From Balanoglossus misakiensis (Eukaryota > Animalia > Hemichordata), in assembly GCA_040954595.2 (NCBI GenBank), contig CM082580.2, positions 4,268,783 to 4,332,782 of the forward strand: 64,000 bases of DNA. The letters are read 5' to 3'. Positions 12,501 to 27,500 of this stretch are shown here, in pieces. The position numbers were made by a program, and so were the translations under genes. Position 1 is the first letter of the stretch; each line of letters opens with the position of its first letter. The notes below the pieces were generated by a model. It was not told the origin of the DNA. It ran no database searches and saw only the letters and a list, made by a program, of their open reading frames with translations.

Positions 12501-15500
12501 AGTGGGTGATGAGAAATGAATTTGTACCTTGGACTCTGCATGATTTATAAGAAGGGATCCTGAAAAATTCTTTCTAGTTGAAACTTGAGAAGTGTCTGTG
12601 ATTCACTGAGTAATGGCATGGTCTAATAGCAATGACTTGGATTTAAGAAGCAATGCTGGATCTTTATTCAGGGAAATCTGGGGTGAAAGGGGTTAATTTG
12701 ATGGGTAGGAGCGATAAGCATCCCGTCTATACTTCGAAACTAATTTTACCTTCACATGACATGTTTTCATCATACCAAGAAAACTTCACATTCAATTACA
12801 TACTATAGCCACAGGCAACATCTGCACACAATTTCTGACAGATATACATGTAGGTACTGAACTGAATACATGACAGTACATTGCTATGACACCCGTGCTC
12901 AAGTTCACTTGGAGCTGCAGTACATAGTCACCACAACTGACACACCATTTATACCAGGTACATTTGTGGGGTAACAAAGAGTGGGCAGTTTATACACCAA
13001 ATTACTCTTGCAAGAAGTGAGAAGTGTTGGACAATGCTATTTTATTAGCCACACAAGATCATGCAAGCACAGCTACATGTATATAGCCATATTCAAACTT
13101 ACCTTAAAATATTTATTTCCTAATGAATATATTATGATAATCAAAAGGAAAGTGAGATAGTAATTACTACAGCTGTATCTGCTTGAACCAAAATGATAGG
13201 CCAAAATGATTGTCCACTTCCCAAATTAATACAGCATTGTAGTGTCCACTAACCTACTTGAAACTATGAGAGTGAGTGCTGGTGATTGCTCCTGCCTGGC
13301 ACAACAGAACAAGTGGATTCCTAAAGTCACATTGCTAGACTGCAATATTGTTATCAGATGCCACTTGCAAGAATCATCAAATATATGATAATTACTGTTA
13401 CAACGGCAGTTTTGGTATTTTCTATGAATCTCTTCTTGACAGTGACACGCTTGAAATCAGCTGGGCTGCAGTGCATCAATAAGAATGTACATGTCTAATG
13501 ATAGAGATTAAATTACAAGGGTGTAGCTGATGGAAATATATGTACTGCACCTGCCAGGTCCAAACAAGTCTCACTGGACTTAGAAATTCCCCTGAATGTT
13601 CACTTTCATTTTCAAATTGATGCAATGCTCTTGTAAGAACTTCAAGGCATATGCAAAAGTAAACATGCTGTATACAGCTTGGATAAATGTAGATTTAAAC
13701 TGATCAGGACTCGGACAAAACTGGCCTTGTGAACCTTGGAATTCCTGCCTCAAGTTTATGGCAGTACATTCCACTGTCTGCTGAAATGGTTGTCATTAAA
13801 TCAAGCCCAGCCACTTATCACAACATGACCTTCAGACATGTCACTGAACTATTGCCAATTAAAAACCAATAAATATCCGATCACTTCCATATGGTAACTG
13901 CACAGTCAATCTGGCTATCAACATGTGGTCAAATCATAGGTATTTAACTCTGTCTCCCCCAGTTCAATCTTTAGAGGTCTAACCTTATACCGTAGAAAAC
14001 AATGGGTTTGGACTGAACCATGGCAGTGAAAGGGTTAAAGCTGTATTTGACTATAAACATGTATTACTGCCAATGCTGTCAAAGCCACGGGAGACAGTCA
14101 GAAATGGCTGCAGCAACTCAGTAATTAATTTGAAGTAGCAATCCTACAGCTCTCGATCTAGTTTTTGACCTTTAACCTTTTCTAACTTTATTGGTGCATT
14201 TGGTAGGAGTGGCCATATTCTGATCGCCACCTTTCAGGAATTAGTCTCTTTGATTCATTACCACAAGTTGTCTGAATCACCTCCAGACCTTCTCTAGACA
14301 CAGTGTGTATCAACTTCCTATTGTGGCAATTTTTGCTACCAGAGAAGTCATAGCTATGCTCACACAATACAACTCACAAGCACTTTGATTAATGTCTCTT
14401 CTTGTATTTGCAGATGATATACCCTGACAAAAAAGCTACCTGATTTAACCTCAATATATTGATGTCACCCTCAAATGACATGCTCAAATTAAAATACAAC
14501 ACTGATTTACCACAATAGGGCTTACAATGGTATGGAAGACTATTTTATAAAACGTTTTATGGTATAAAATGTTCTGTCATCAGTTTGCTTTGCCAATGAA
14601 ATATTTGAAGACAGGCCAAGTGTATTTACCATCAGGAAACTGGAATACTTTCCTTATTTCATTATCATCAACTTAGTTCTTAGACACTGTTAAGATATTT
14701 CACCCTTAATTTGTTCACCTTTTCAACAGCACCATATGGTTAAAGTTAAACCAAAGATTTCTATGATATTAACGAACTCTGTTACATTATACAGGAAATA
14801 ATGAAACAGTGTCAGCATGTCAAACACCACATGAATTCTTGTAAAAATGTTTTAAACAACATGGAATGGGCAAGATCAGAAGGTAACAACTATAATCTCA
14901 TTTTTCCAGTGTCCCTAATTTTAATATTAGCCAGTCGATTTTCATACCAACCAGGCATCTCCTATCTGCCCCATACACAAACACAGTTATTGGTCAAATT
15001 ATCAGAGCGTGTTTTGACTTGTACATGTACTTGCCTATGATACAAATAACCTCTGAACTTTGACCTGTGACTCACCTCTCCCCATGCATGGGCATTTTCA
15101 TTGGGAACACTGAGTTCCGGAAATACATTCTCCAGATACCATTTAAAGTCTTTGCATCCAAGTCTCTTCCTGAGTTGCATTCTTTCTGAAATGTCACCAA
15201 ATGCTCTTCCCTAGGCGTAAAAACAGGAAATACGGGAGAATTACAATCAGAAACTAAGAAGTATCTTAATTTTGATATTCTGTCATTTTCTACATCACTA
15301 CTAAAATGATAACTGCAGCACAAATGTTTAACATATGTCATTTGAGGACACTTTCTCATTTTAAAATCATACAGACAGCTGCACACTGCAAGTAACTTTC
15401 AAGAGCATGACAGTCAACAAATTAAGTAACAATAAAGATAAACTCGGTAAAAAATAATTTCTTAATTACATTCAAAATATTATAATTTTTTATTTGACAA

Positions 15501-18500
15501 ATTATATTTAAAATATTTATACATGAGCATCATTTGGGTCAACCGTTTGTTGGAAAAACATACAGAGAATCAGAAATATGGTGCAGGAACTTAAGTCAAC
15601 ATTTTCACTTCCAACTAAATTATCCCTGCAGCTGTCACAAATTACTTACCTGAGCATCTGGCCTGGTTGCATAGAAAAACTTTTTATATTCATCCATCCA
15701 AACTTCAGCTGCTCTGATGGAGTTACGAGTAAATACATTGTCCATTCCGCCGGGGATAATATATGGGTGGGCTTTTCTGAAAATGTGTCCAACTCGAGAG
15801 CACGGCACTATTTCTAACGTCCCCCCGCACTGCCATATCTGTGAAGAAAACAAACACAGGAAGGTTTTGTAGATGATTTTGGTGTAATTTCAACCATTTC
15901 TGTCACTTCTGGGGGGAGGGGGAGGCTTGAGGGTGCAATTGACTCTGTACATGTATAGTGACATACTCGTCTCCTTTCATGGGGATGTACGGTACATGTA
16001 CATATTGCCAATTACAGCTGCAGCCTGCCTGTCTGTTTTAACTGGCATTTTATAGGCGTTAGCCCACCCTGCTCGTGTTTACTGTTTGACAATATAATCC
16101 AATACGAAAATAGTAAAATCTTTAGAAGACTTGCATTTACAAATATGCATATCTGTTACACTTACAGATGGTGGTGTAACTTTAAAAGTAATCATTTGCA
16201 ATTTGAAGAAATATCACTCAGTTGGCAAAAGCTCTCCAAATATATAGTCCATATAATTATTCAGGCTCACAGAATTATTCACATGCTTGACAAGTTAAAG
16301 ATAGCAGATTAACCCTTTCAAGACTGGCTTTCTGGGAACGTATCTAAATTTGTCCTATATATAGGATATCCAGCCAGAAAGGGTTAATATTAGACTCACC
16401 CTTAATGATAGCTCTATATTTTCTCCTCCCCATATTTCCATACCAGTGTCATAGCTACCAATGTGTTCAAAATAAGACTTGTCCACAGCAAATAACCCAC
16501 CAGCCATTGATGGAGATCTGTACGTTGGCAAAAGGCAGTCACATCCTTTTAGAGTACAATTACATACAATATTCAACGTTCATATCTCTGAGCAAATAAT
16601 ATCAGAAGTCATGTTTTGTTTTTGACAAATTGTATCATTTCAATGGTAAAGTACGGTACACTTGAGATGAGAATGTACAATTTTTAGTAGGTTGCTTAAA
16701 TCCAGCTGCATATTTAAAGTACATCCATTTATTAGTAATTTTTCCAGACTAATAAAATTCACTTCCAAACAAAATGCACATTATACACATTCATGATTAT
16801 AATACAACTGTCATAGATAAAGAAAACACAGCTATTGAAAAAGAATAAAACATTACAGCTGCTGACAGCAAAGTAAACACTAACTGTAAATGTGCAACAG
16901 CTTGTCCCTAACATGCAACCACATAACAGTGTGTTATACATACATGTACACATATTATCAATTGCAAATGGAGAGATATATGTTACATATACCAGCTGAT
17001 ACATGATATACACATGTACCATGTGTAGCCTGTACTTATACCTCATGATTTCTTCCAATCAAAACAGACTCATAACCTTCATACCCTCATATTTTAGCTG
17101 ATTTTAATTTGTCAGTCATTAAACCCCTATTCTTGTATACTACCAGCAATTATTATTGTAATTATCAAATAAAATGAATCTATCACATCAATTTCCATGA
17201 GTGCAAACAGCTCCATTCAATCTTCTTTTTTTTTAGAAAGCTACAAGTTTTTTGACAAATTTAAATTGTGAGCAATGTCTAACAATGACAACATAATACA
17301 TGTAAAACTGCATTTCCCCATTTCAGCTTTCCGCAAATAAATACCGGTAGATTATAAGGGTCACTCACTCAATGTTACTTGGATAATAATATTTCATTTG
17401 AAAGAGGCAATTTCCTGTGAAAGAATTTTAATAGAGCATTTAATGAGTTATGAGTAATAAGTACTTAAATACCTTATTGGTTCTATTTCACTGTTTCTTT
17501 TTAGAAGATCCCGGTGGGGGATGTTGTTCCATTTAAAATGTAATCCCCAGTTGAATCCTCCTCTCACAGATGGTGATGCTGTATATTCAAATGTGGATGG
17601 ATCGATGATATCGATGACAGGGCAGGCTATGGTACTGCTATCCCTGTATATCCTGTCTATCAGTGGTTCTAACCTAGAGGGTAGAGAATGCAAAGTCAAC
17701 ATTAAACGACCTATTTTCCTTTAAAAAAGGGATTCTACAGACATCAATAACATGGTTGTCAGCATAGACAGGTTGGGACAGGGTTCAATTTAGACAGATC
17801 TCAGCAATACTGTAAAACAATTTATTTTCGCGAGCATTAAATTTACGCTAAATACGCGAGAGCCAAAAAAACACGAAAATAAATATTCGTGTACATATAG
17901 TTGTGAAAGAACAATGTGTGAAAACGCAAAAAATTAATACTCGCGTAACAGTGGCCTCTCTCGATATCGCAAAAATTTTGACTCGCGAAAAAAAAGTGTT
18001 TTACAGTATATAATTTTGTTTTATCCATAAATAACTTCATGTGTTGACACAATTCTGAATGTCTCTTTCATGAAAAATGAACGTTTCTATAAATTTGGCA
18101 TTTCAAAATTCCACAGATCATTATGCAGTTGACATGTAGAATTAGTATATACCGCTATAAAGGTAAATGCCAAAGCCTCCAAGTAAATTGTGCTCTTTAC
18201 ATGACATAGAACTTGTGGTTGCTATAATATATTTTAAGTAGTGATTAAAGCAAATATGAAGCTGTACAAAAGTATTTTTGATAAAATTGGGGAAGATCGG
18301 TAATGATTTGGTAACCCCGGTAACACTTCCGATAACGATTATTTATAATGTCCACATTGATATACACCAAGGGGAAACCCCAGTAAAATGACTGGGGAAC
18401 CCAGGTGACATTTATCTGGACATACCACCCTTCACAAAACCACTTAATACTGTATAGTTTCTTGAATGGTTGAATGGACACAATCGGTCTAAATTTCAAG

Positions 18501-21500
18501 TAGTTCGCATATATTGTTATACCAGCAATTACCAGCACCAATATGTATGCACAAATATTAGGCTAAAAATAGATATACCGGTATCACAAAGTTCAGGCCA
18601 TCGGAAACACTGGCTGACAGCTCCACATCACCACCTCATAAATAATTATCTATCATAAATGTCTATCAAATATTTATTAAATATGCATTCATGCGTTACA
18701 TCCATTAAACAGACAGATGAAAGATATTATCACCATATCAATTATTACTCCTTAGGGAACTGAAGTGCTAAAGTGCTGGGTACCATGGGCTGTTATAGAA
18801 AGGAATTGAATTACTGTTGTTTGTGTTGCTGACATCTATATGTTTCTCATGGATACACTTCAGCAAATACTTCAGTTGGTAAAAACCTTTATTGTCTTTT
18901 TAACTCTTATGTGTGGTAGTGGTTCAAGGGATACAAGTTGACTGTACGAAGTTGATGCTGAGATGCCACTGAACACATAGAGACTTTCAAAAGAAAACTG
19001 AAAACTCATATGTTCAAAAGAGCGTACAGTGTGGTTTAACCATGAGCGTCACTGGGCAAAATTTCTTGTTTTGGATTTTGGCGCTATATAACCTTTTGTT
19101 GATTGACTGATCAGAATGACCAGACTAATACCATCAGGATCTTCTACATGCTGGTTTCAGATTATGATGGTACCATTATTAATACAAAACTCTCATTGTT
19201 GTTGATGCGACACAGATCATCTCACACCAATTGTTATGGTTGCTACACCTGCATTGTTACAAAAAATGTATATATTTGTTTGCAGTTCCAACCACTGGCT
19301 ATGATGCCGACCAAACAGGGCTATGTTGCTTCAGGCATGAACCATAGGAAATCATTCACTGAATGCAGAACAATGTACGTAACACCAAATGGTTTCGCCT
19401 TCCATGATTTCCTTGCTATTTTCCGTGATAAAAGCCTTACTGGGTTGACCCCTATTGAAATCCTGGAAGCCACAGACACCAATTCTATGCTTTGCTCCTT
19501 GAGACTGTTTGTTAGACACAAAACAGCTGTGTGTTCCTTGAGATAGAGTGTCAGACACAACAGATGCTGCATGGTTGAGTTCATGTTTTCAGGCCATATT
19601 TGCTAAATGGAGTTTTTGGTTCTGAATTGGATGTCCCCCTTACTCCCTGGGCAAAATGTGTTATGACACACCAAAAGATAAACAGAGATAAAACCAAAGC
19701 TGGCATCTTGTAACACCTAAATCTGATTTATCGTAATGTTAGCTTTAATCAAATTTTAATCTACATTGTACATTCACTCATTGCCTCATTGCCTGTTCCT
19801 ACATGAACATGATAGTTTGTTTTGAATGAAAAAAAAGACTATTCCTTTCAGCCCATGAGACCAACACTTAAACAACCCGGTAATAGTCTGTTTGGACCAG
19901 GTCAAAACATATCACAAAGTCTGTGTATCTGACTACCAACACAGGAATGACAAACGGTATCACAGACAACTGTGAAATAATTCAGGTTCTAGAAATAGAT
20001 TTGAATTACTATCATATCAGGTTGTTTGCAAGGTGGCTCACCTGTTTGGAAATCATATTTTACTTTTAGACTCAGGTAAGACTCACTCAATCCTTCAATA
20101 CTGACTCATTGGTATTATTAAACCACTTGCTGGAGGCTTAAAATTCAAGATACACGAAGAGTTCTTTTTAAAATACATTAGCAAGGTCACCAGAAATTTA
20201 CCCGTGGCTGAAATCTAAGGTGGCAGTATTCTGTGTTAACTCTAAAGGAACGAAAAACTATGAGTGATTGATGGTGAGATACTAAATACCCCTTTTCCTT
20301 TCATTGCATTCCCACCACAACCTTACGAACAAAAAATTAATAAATGTAATTGACAGCGTCATTTAAAGTTATTTCTTTGAAGTTACTGTCCAAGTCATCG
20401 CTCACCAACACTGTTTACGCTGTTACTATCAGCTGCAGCTATGTAAAGAATTCCAGCCAGGTTGGGCCGAACCTGGATAAATTTTAATCAAACAATTGGC
20501 CTTACATTTCACCACAGATGCAACTCAACTCTCAAGTAACAAACAAGACACACTCTCAAAGCCAGACAGGATTGTTCTATCCCTGGACACTAGTTGAGTC
20601 AGAAACCATGGGGGGTCCTGCGATAAGACCCTCTTAAACTCTCACAGACAGTTTTTATCAGTTACTGATAGTCCAGGGCTGTACAATGTAAACAGATCAT
20701 CTCCCAGCCCTGCAGTGTTGAACTCATTACGAGGACACAATTTCAACTTTCCAAGCCCAGCTCAGTTCAAGCCACAGCATTCCAATCCTGCAGGGGCCTG
20801 CTGGTTTCTAAACAAATAATGTAAAGTGATGAGACAAAAGTGGCTGGCTAGCTGACAGACAGATCTAAGCCTACACACCCTGGGATGCTCTATATACTGG
20901 CTTATAATTACACTCTAATGATTGCAGATATAGACATCACATCATCATGCTGCAAGCTGACAAATTGAAATTCTATGGTGAAGTCTGACTCTCAGTGAAA
21001 ATTTCATCATTCAGCAAAATATAACTTTTTACAGAATGTCTCAAACTGCAAAAGAAATATCAACCAATTGAATGTGTGTGTGACTGGCCCATATTTGCCA
21101 GAGTAGGTTTCTGCCTAATTTGTGTGGTGATATGGTATAAACATTAAAAATTTCATATCACACAAGATCAGGCTCCAGTAATTTTGAGCATTCATTTTAG
21201 TACATTAATTAAACCTAATACCAGTATTTCAACATGAACATTATAAGGTTTATAATTTTCAGACAATATTTTCATTTCAGTGTAATCTGAGGTACAAGGC
21301 AGCTGCAAGGCTGGAGGGCGTCATCTTCAAAACACTGAATTGAAAAATAAAGAACTTGATTTCGATTGATAACACTACAAGGATACTTCTCAATAATTTG
21401 TTACTTACCAATAGTAATTAACTTCACAGTGAGAGTCAAGGAAGACCAATATTTTTCCACTCGCTTTTGAAGCACCAATGAGTCTGGCCCGAATCAGACC

Positions 21501-24500
21501 CTCTCGTTTCTCCAGATGTATTAGTTTCACTTTATTCTGGAAATTGGTTTGAATATAATCATCTAACTGCTCTTTGAGCTCAGCTGTTGAAAAATAAAAT
21601 ACAAAATGAAAAAAAGAAATCAGAAATGATCTCTCTCACAATTTTTGTTCTGTCTTTATAGTCAATAATGTGAATTGTGATGTAAACCAATTTGCACACT
21701 GGTCTAGCTTTCGCATGTTTTAATCAATAAAAAAACTTCAATCTTCTCCTGCTTAGTCAACAGACGGCGCCATTTTGAATTTGTGGAATAAAGAGGTGTA
21801 GCACCCATTTATTACTGAACTTGTTCAATTTAAATGTACAGCCACAATCAGAGGTTGATACATCTGTGTTTACCCATCACTTGGCTCATTTAAATGGACC
21901 ATTCTAAATTTGAAATTGACAGTAAAATCGTGAAAATGATGCAAAAAGTGGTTGCTACTGCGGCTTTAAACTCAGGCAACATCTACAGTGTTACATAGAA
22001 ACTAATCCTTGAGATACGAGCTGGTAACGATATGAACATCAATATCTCTCAGTTGTTCAATTATTTGGCTGTGACGCCCTTGCTATTTGAAGTTCCCTCA
22101 GAGGAGCTGCATTTGTAAGACATTAATTAGCAGAGTCATAATATGCCGAACTGTAAACTGCCTTGTCAGCTCCCAGGTGACTTTCCAAAAATATCCACTG
22201 TCACGTCCCATTGAGGAGATATTTTGAAGGCTAAAATTTATCTCCATCAAGTTCAGCTAATTCTGTCAATCCCAATTATGCAATTAATTAAAGAAACTTC
22301 TCTAGTACATCTGTATACGTTTGGCAGAACAATCAAAAGATGGGCTGTACAACTCTGAACGCCTTTAATGACACTTTGTCTTTTTGTACATACTGTACAT
22401 GTATTAGGTAAAGCTAATTGACCGTGGGCAAATCGTATATATACGCCATCTGTATCAAAACCCAGCAGCTGTGGCAAACCTTTCAGTATAGTACACTGAA
22501 GTGCATGCTAAATGTTTCAACACTTTTTCTCCTTTCTCTAGTCCTCACATATAATTCAACACTCAGCTTCACACCAGGTGTGAGAAATAGCCGAGTTACT
22601 AGGAGTTCTCACAAGAAGTACCCCCAACACATGAACATACTAGACAGGGCTGTCAACACTTCAGGTGTATCCGAACATGCTTTTATCACTGCCAGACTGT
22701 GTTCAAGAATCATTTATACGCGATAAGCTAACTTGACGTATCATATATTAAAACACAAGTCAGGCTAATGGGACTTTCTTAAGGCTATTTTATCTTCCTT
22801 TTTTGTACACCAGAGTATACAGAATGATTAATTGCTTTTCAGACGTGAATACATCTGAGGTAAATGGCCTTAAGATTTCCCCCAAGTCAACTCTTATCCC
22901 ATGGGATCAGTAGGATTTTCTTCTTTGAGTACACTCCAGAATATTGACATATGCCCTGGCCTTGAATCAGTCAAACATGTACCTGCACTGTTTCATCCAT
23001 ATTACTCTGTCACCCGCAGCTGACAGATGAAGTACACAGTTTCCTTTTTAGAATTTAATTAATTTACAACATGACGCTATATGTAGTCTAGTCTGACCTA
23101 TTTCAAATTAATCCCTACATAAACTCAGCTTTTTTTTCACAATACTACCAATAGATGACACGCAACAAAATCAGATACAGGCTAATCTTGACTAGTGTGT
23201 GCAACCAGCAAGTTTTATTGACTTCAGCCAGTATGTGAACCTGGGTGCATGGACACTCAGACTCTGGAGACATGTGTATTGTAAACAATTAAAATATCAA
23301 GAAATTGCCATTTCGACATTGCACATTATGTTGCACTTTGTATAATGTAAGATAAAATAAATTGCAAATCCCATGCTTGACATGTACGAACTCGTGACAA
23401 CAAGAACATGAAAAACAACATACTCCAAAATACAGCTGTATTTCATCCTAAAAAAGTTTTCTCACTTTCAGTCAAATTCAAAGTGCTTTAAGTTTATATG
23501 GATGGAGCTTCTAAGGTCCACCACTCTACACAGTAGACTAAACAGACATAAACAGACAGCAATGTAAGATCACTCAACCACTTTGTCTGATTTTGACCTT
23601 CTTCATTTTGTTTATGCTTTTAGAGTTTCAGAAGTTGTATAAGCATGCAATCTATGGCAGCGCAGTGAAACAAACTGACAAAGTTGTTTACACAACAGTA
23701 TGACATATAGCATCTGAGCGTGGCTGCAAGGAATCTAACAAGCCTATTAAATTCGCATTCAGCATAACTTGTCCTGCAAGAATCTCTAGTGTGGTGTCTG
23801 GTTCTGTATCACTAGATCACTGTCTACATTTTAACACTTACAGATTGAGTATAGAATCTCCAGCACAGAGCACAATCAGTCTGGGTTCCAGCTCAGGGTG
23901 GCACAGTTAAATTGGCTTTTGTGTTAGCTTCTCAGCCAACAACTGAATCAAGATTCTGGGATGCCATCTCCCAGCATGCAAAAGATTGCTGCATCTTCCT
24001 AACATTTTAACCGTATTTATTCCTTTTTGAAGAGTATTTGGCTTGCACAGAAATGTCAGCAGTACTCAAGTTTCATGTGGTACAACATGCAATTACAAAA
24101 ATGCAATCATTCCATTTTGACTACCACATTTATAAATTTGGTAGTCAACCATGCAAACTTGTAGTCAGATTTCTTTGTATAGTAAAATATATTCTTGTAA
24201 AATCAAAGGAGTTCAGTGTAGTTTTTTTCAGCAACATGTAAGCCTGTCAGTAATACAACGTGCATGACAGATATACAGCGTTGACAAATGTCAGTGCAAT
24301 TTTCTGCCTATTCAATAGCACAGCTGAGATGGCTGCACGTACTGGCAGTCAGTGGTGACTACCATTTTGCAAAGTTAGCAGTCAGTAATATCAATTGGTT
24401 GTCAGTTGGTATGTGACCACTGTTAATTTCAAGCCCTGTCTGGCACTGTCAAAAACTCCAAGACAAATTGTATAAGGTGAATTCAAGGAAAACATGTTCA

Positions 24501-27500
24501 CTTACCTTTATCGCTGTAATCATCTACTAATATGACTTCTTGAAGAAGTTTTACTTTTGATCTATTTATAACACTATGTACAGTTCTGAGTAAAGTAGAC
24601 CTGGCTTCATTATGAAACGTTATAACAACACTTGCTGTTGGTAAATTTTTATTGTACCGCACACTGTCACACCTGAAAAGAACAGAAACATTTAGAACAT
24701 TAGAATTCAAGTTGTCACTGAACACAATCACCCAAAGCACAAAGACTATTAATAAAGTGAATGAAATTAGTCACATTTATCTCATAATTTAAGCTAAGTA
24801 GACATAAACTATATCAAGAAATTCTAGAAATAAGAAAATCATTAATTAAATGTTATGACCAATTTGATTCATCTGTAGTTTTCTGGCTTGCAAAGTTTCC
24901 TCAGACAAAATCCATTACAATATGAGTTTGAATGTCTGGCCTATTTTCATGCCATTTTCCAATTGAGAATTCAAGTCATGGCCAATATACTTTAGTATGC
25001 TACTGTATTACTCTAGCAGTTATGCTCCAGCAAATTTAACGACAGTCTGCATCTGATGCATATTGACAAACAAATGTCAAACATCTTAATTATCTCAGTC
25101 AAGGAAATAAACCACACCAAAAGACATTACAATGTTTCCCTTAGTATGAAAGGGTGATTACATTTTGAATATTACTCATTTCTATAGAAACATACGATAC
25201 ATGTACGCTCAGCTGCATTACATGTACAACTATATTATTTTGAAACCAAGGATGATTTCGAAACTTGAAAGGTATGCAGTTGAAAACCCACACAAGATGA
25301 TATTACGTGCTTTATCTTGACATGATACATGTACATTGAATTCACACAAGAACTAGAGAACCAATGTAAAACAAATGTAGGGATTTTCTATCAAACAAAG
25401 TGTTTTTGTGACTTCTATTTACGAAGGCTCGATATATAGAAATTATCTACTTTGACCCTATGCTACAGAATGGGGTGGGCTGGGGTCAGAGTTCAGTTTA
25501 CGACCAGTAAAAAGCCTGAACTGTACAGTTTTGATATTTGTAATTACGACAGCACACCTGCAGTGTAAAATCTTGACCTCACTTTATTCTGGAAAGTAAT
25601 TTTGGCCTATTATTTTATCCTTGGGGAATATACCAAGCAAGTCTAAAGCAGACCAGTATAAGTAGGACACTTTGTTTAATCTCTGTGATCAAAATCATTG
25701 TGCAAATTTGCAACATAAAGATAATTGAATAATATGATATCAGAATGAGTGCAGTTACTGTTTTATGTTTGTTTCCTGTGTCAACACTTTATCCAAAGTC
25801 AGTCTCTATAAAAGTATTACCGGTATATTGGGAAGCGAGCACATTACTGGAATGTGGTTCTTCATTTTTCTGTTGCTCTTACGAAATCACCCAAAATCAA
25901 TCTGGCTATTGTGTTAGGTCTATCATCTGTGTCACAGGGAGCACACCAGAGGGCAAGTTAGATAACCTGCACCTTCATTCGCAGTTCAACAATTATCTAG
26001 AATCCACCTCTGGTGCAAATATCAGCACTATGAATCTAAATTTCACCAGTGTCGGACTATATTCATTCCATCATGTTTCAGAACACAGAAATTAATCACA
26101 ATGCACTTTATAAAAAATTGCATATTTTGGTATAATTGGTTTCCAGCCACATACTGGTATGCAAGCCTATGAAGAACAGGAAACTCATAAAATTCTAGTA
26201 ATAGACCTACCATATCTCATTATTATTAGATGTAGTACATGAAAACATTTTAGTGCAGTAGCATGAAAAATTATGAGATGTGGTTAAAGCATACTAAAAT
26301 GGCACGTTAGGTGTTTGCCTTACGCGCTTAACTTGCCATGATTAATACTAATTACTTTGAACGCAATTTATTTACTGAAAGCTTGCTAGTAAAATCTGAA
26401 TTTTATTTTTAAAATAGAGTGCTTCTAATGACTGCTCTGGAGTTTGCAAGCAAGTGAAGTTGACACTGACAGAAAATCCTACATGGAGGAGTGTTCTAAA
26501 TTCCAACAAGGAATTTTATGGACAGACAAAATTTGGACCTGGTTCAATAAGCGTAGCTTATACTCTGAAATCACTTTATTCCATAGGTGTAATAGAATTA
26601 GCAGTTAGCTATTAACCTGAGAACAAGACAGACAACTTAGTTTCATCCTAGAAATTACTTTAACATTGTCATTATTTTTATAAAAGCTTGATATAGAAAT
26701 ATCCTCACAACTATGCTGACTTCAATATCATATTGTAATAGCTTTGAAATTTCAAAAAGGGCAAACATAATGACCTGAAAATCCCTTTTCAAAACATTAG
26801 AAAAATACTTTCACTTTTGATGCATATCAAATTCTACACCAAACATTCTCATGTTCTACACCAGTGTCAGTGTTATTTGTGTGCACCCTAAAGTAGAAAG
26901 TTTTGGTATCAACTATCATTCTCCTGTAAATGCAAGACTGCCTAGTGTTTTACTATAAACAAAAACCCAGATTTCCCCAGGGTTTGGGTGTGGAAAGTGA
27001 GACCTAATCTCAACTATGACCTCACCCTCTGGCCCATTATCATTACTGTCATACTTAGAGTACACAGTGGATTAAATTTGCATTGCCCTTCTCTAAAGAA
27101 TGCAACAATTGCACAAGTTTATCCAGTGAGTAAATTGCCAGTTGATGACCCAATACCAACTTTCATTTATCCACAGGAATCAAAGTCTAAACTTCTGCTG
27201 GTGGTCTTGACCTGACTGCATTGGTGCCCTGGAATATGCTTATACAAGCTTTTACAGTTAGGATTACAAAACACTGTGATGGGAGTGTGACACCTCATCA
27301 TGCCATTGAAACTTTGAAGTTATGTATTTCAGTGTACTATATTACAAGTTTTTTTTTCTCCTTCTGATGCTGGAAACAATTTTTTTTGTGGTGATTTTTA
27401 TTCAAAACATTTGAATTTAAAATCATGATATGCATATGAAGTAAACTGGAGTGATAAGGGGTAGTCTAGAATCCAGACTAACACTTGTGTGATTTTTGGC

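Noticed and set aside
19103-19584. Overlapping 147-, 87- and 68-aa ORFs in GALNT intron 3
   Set aside because: No recognisable domain or splice structure; consistent with chance.
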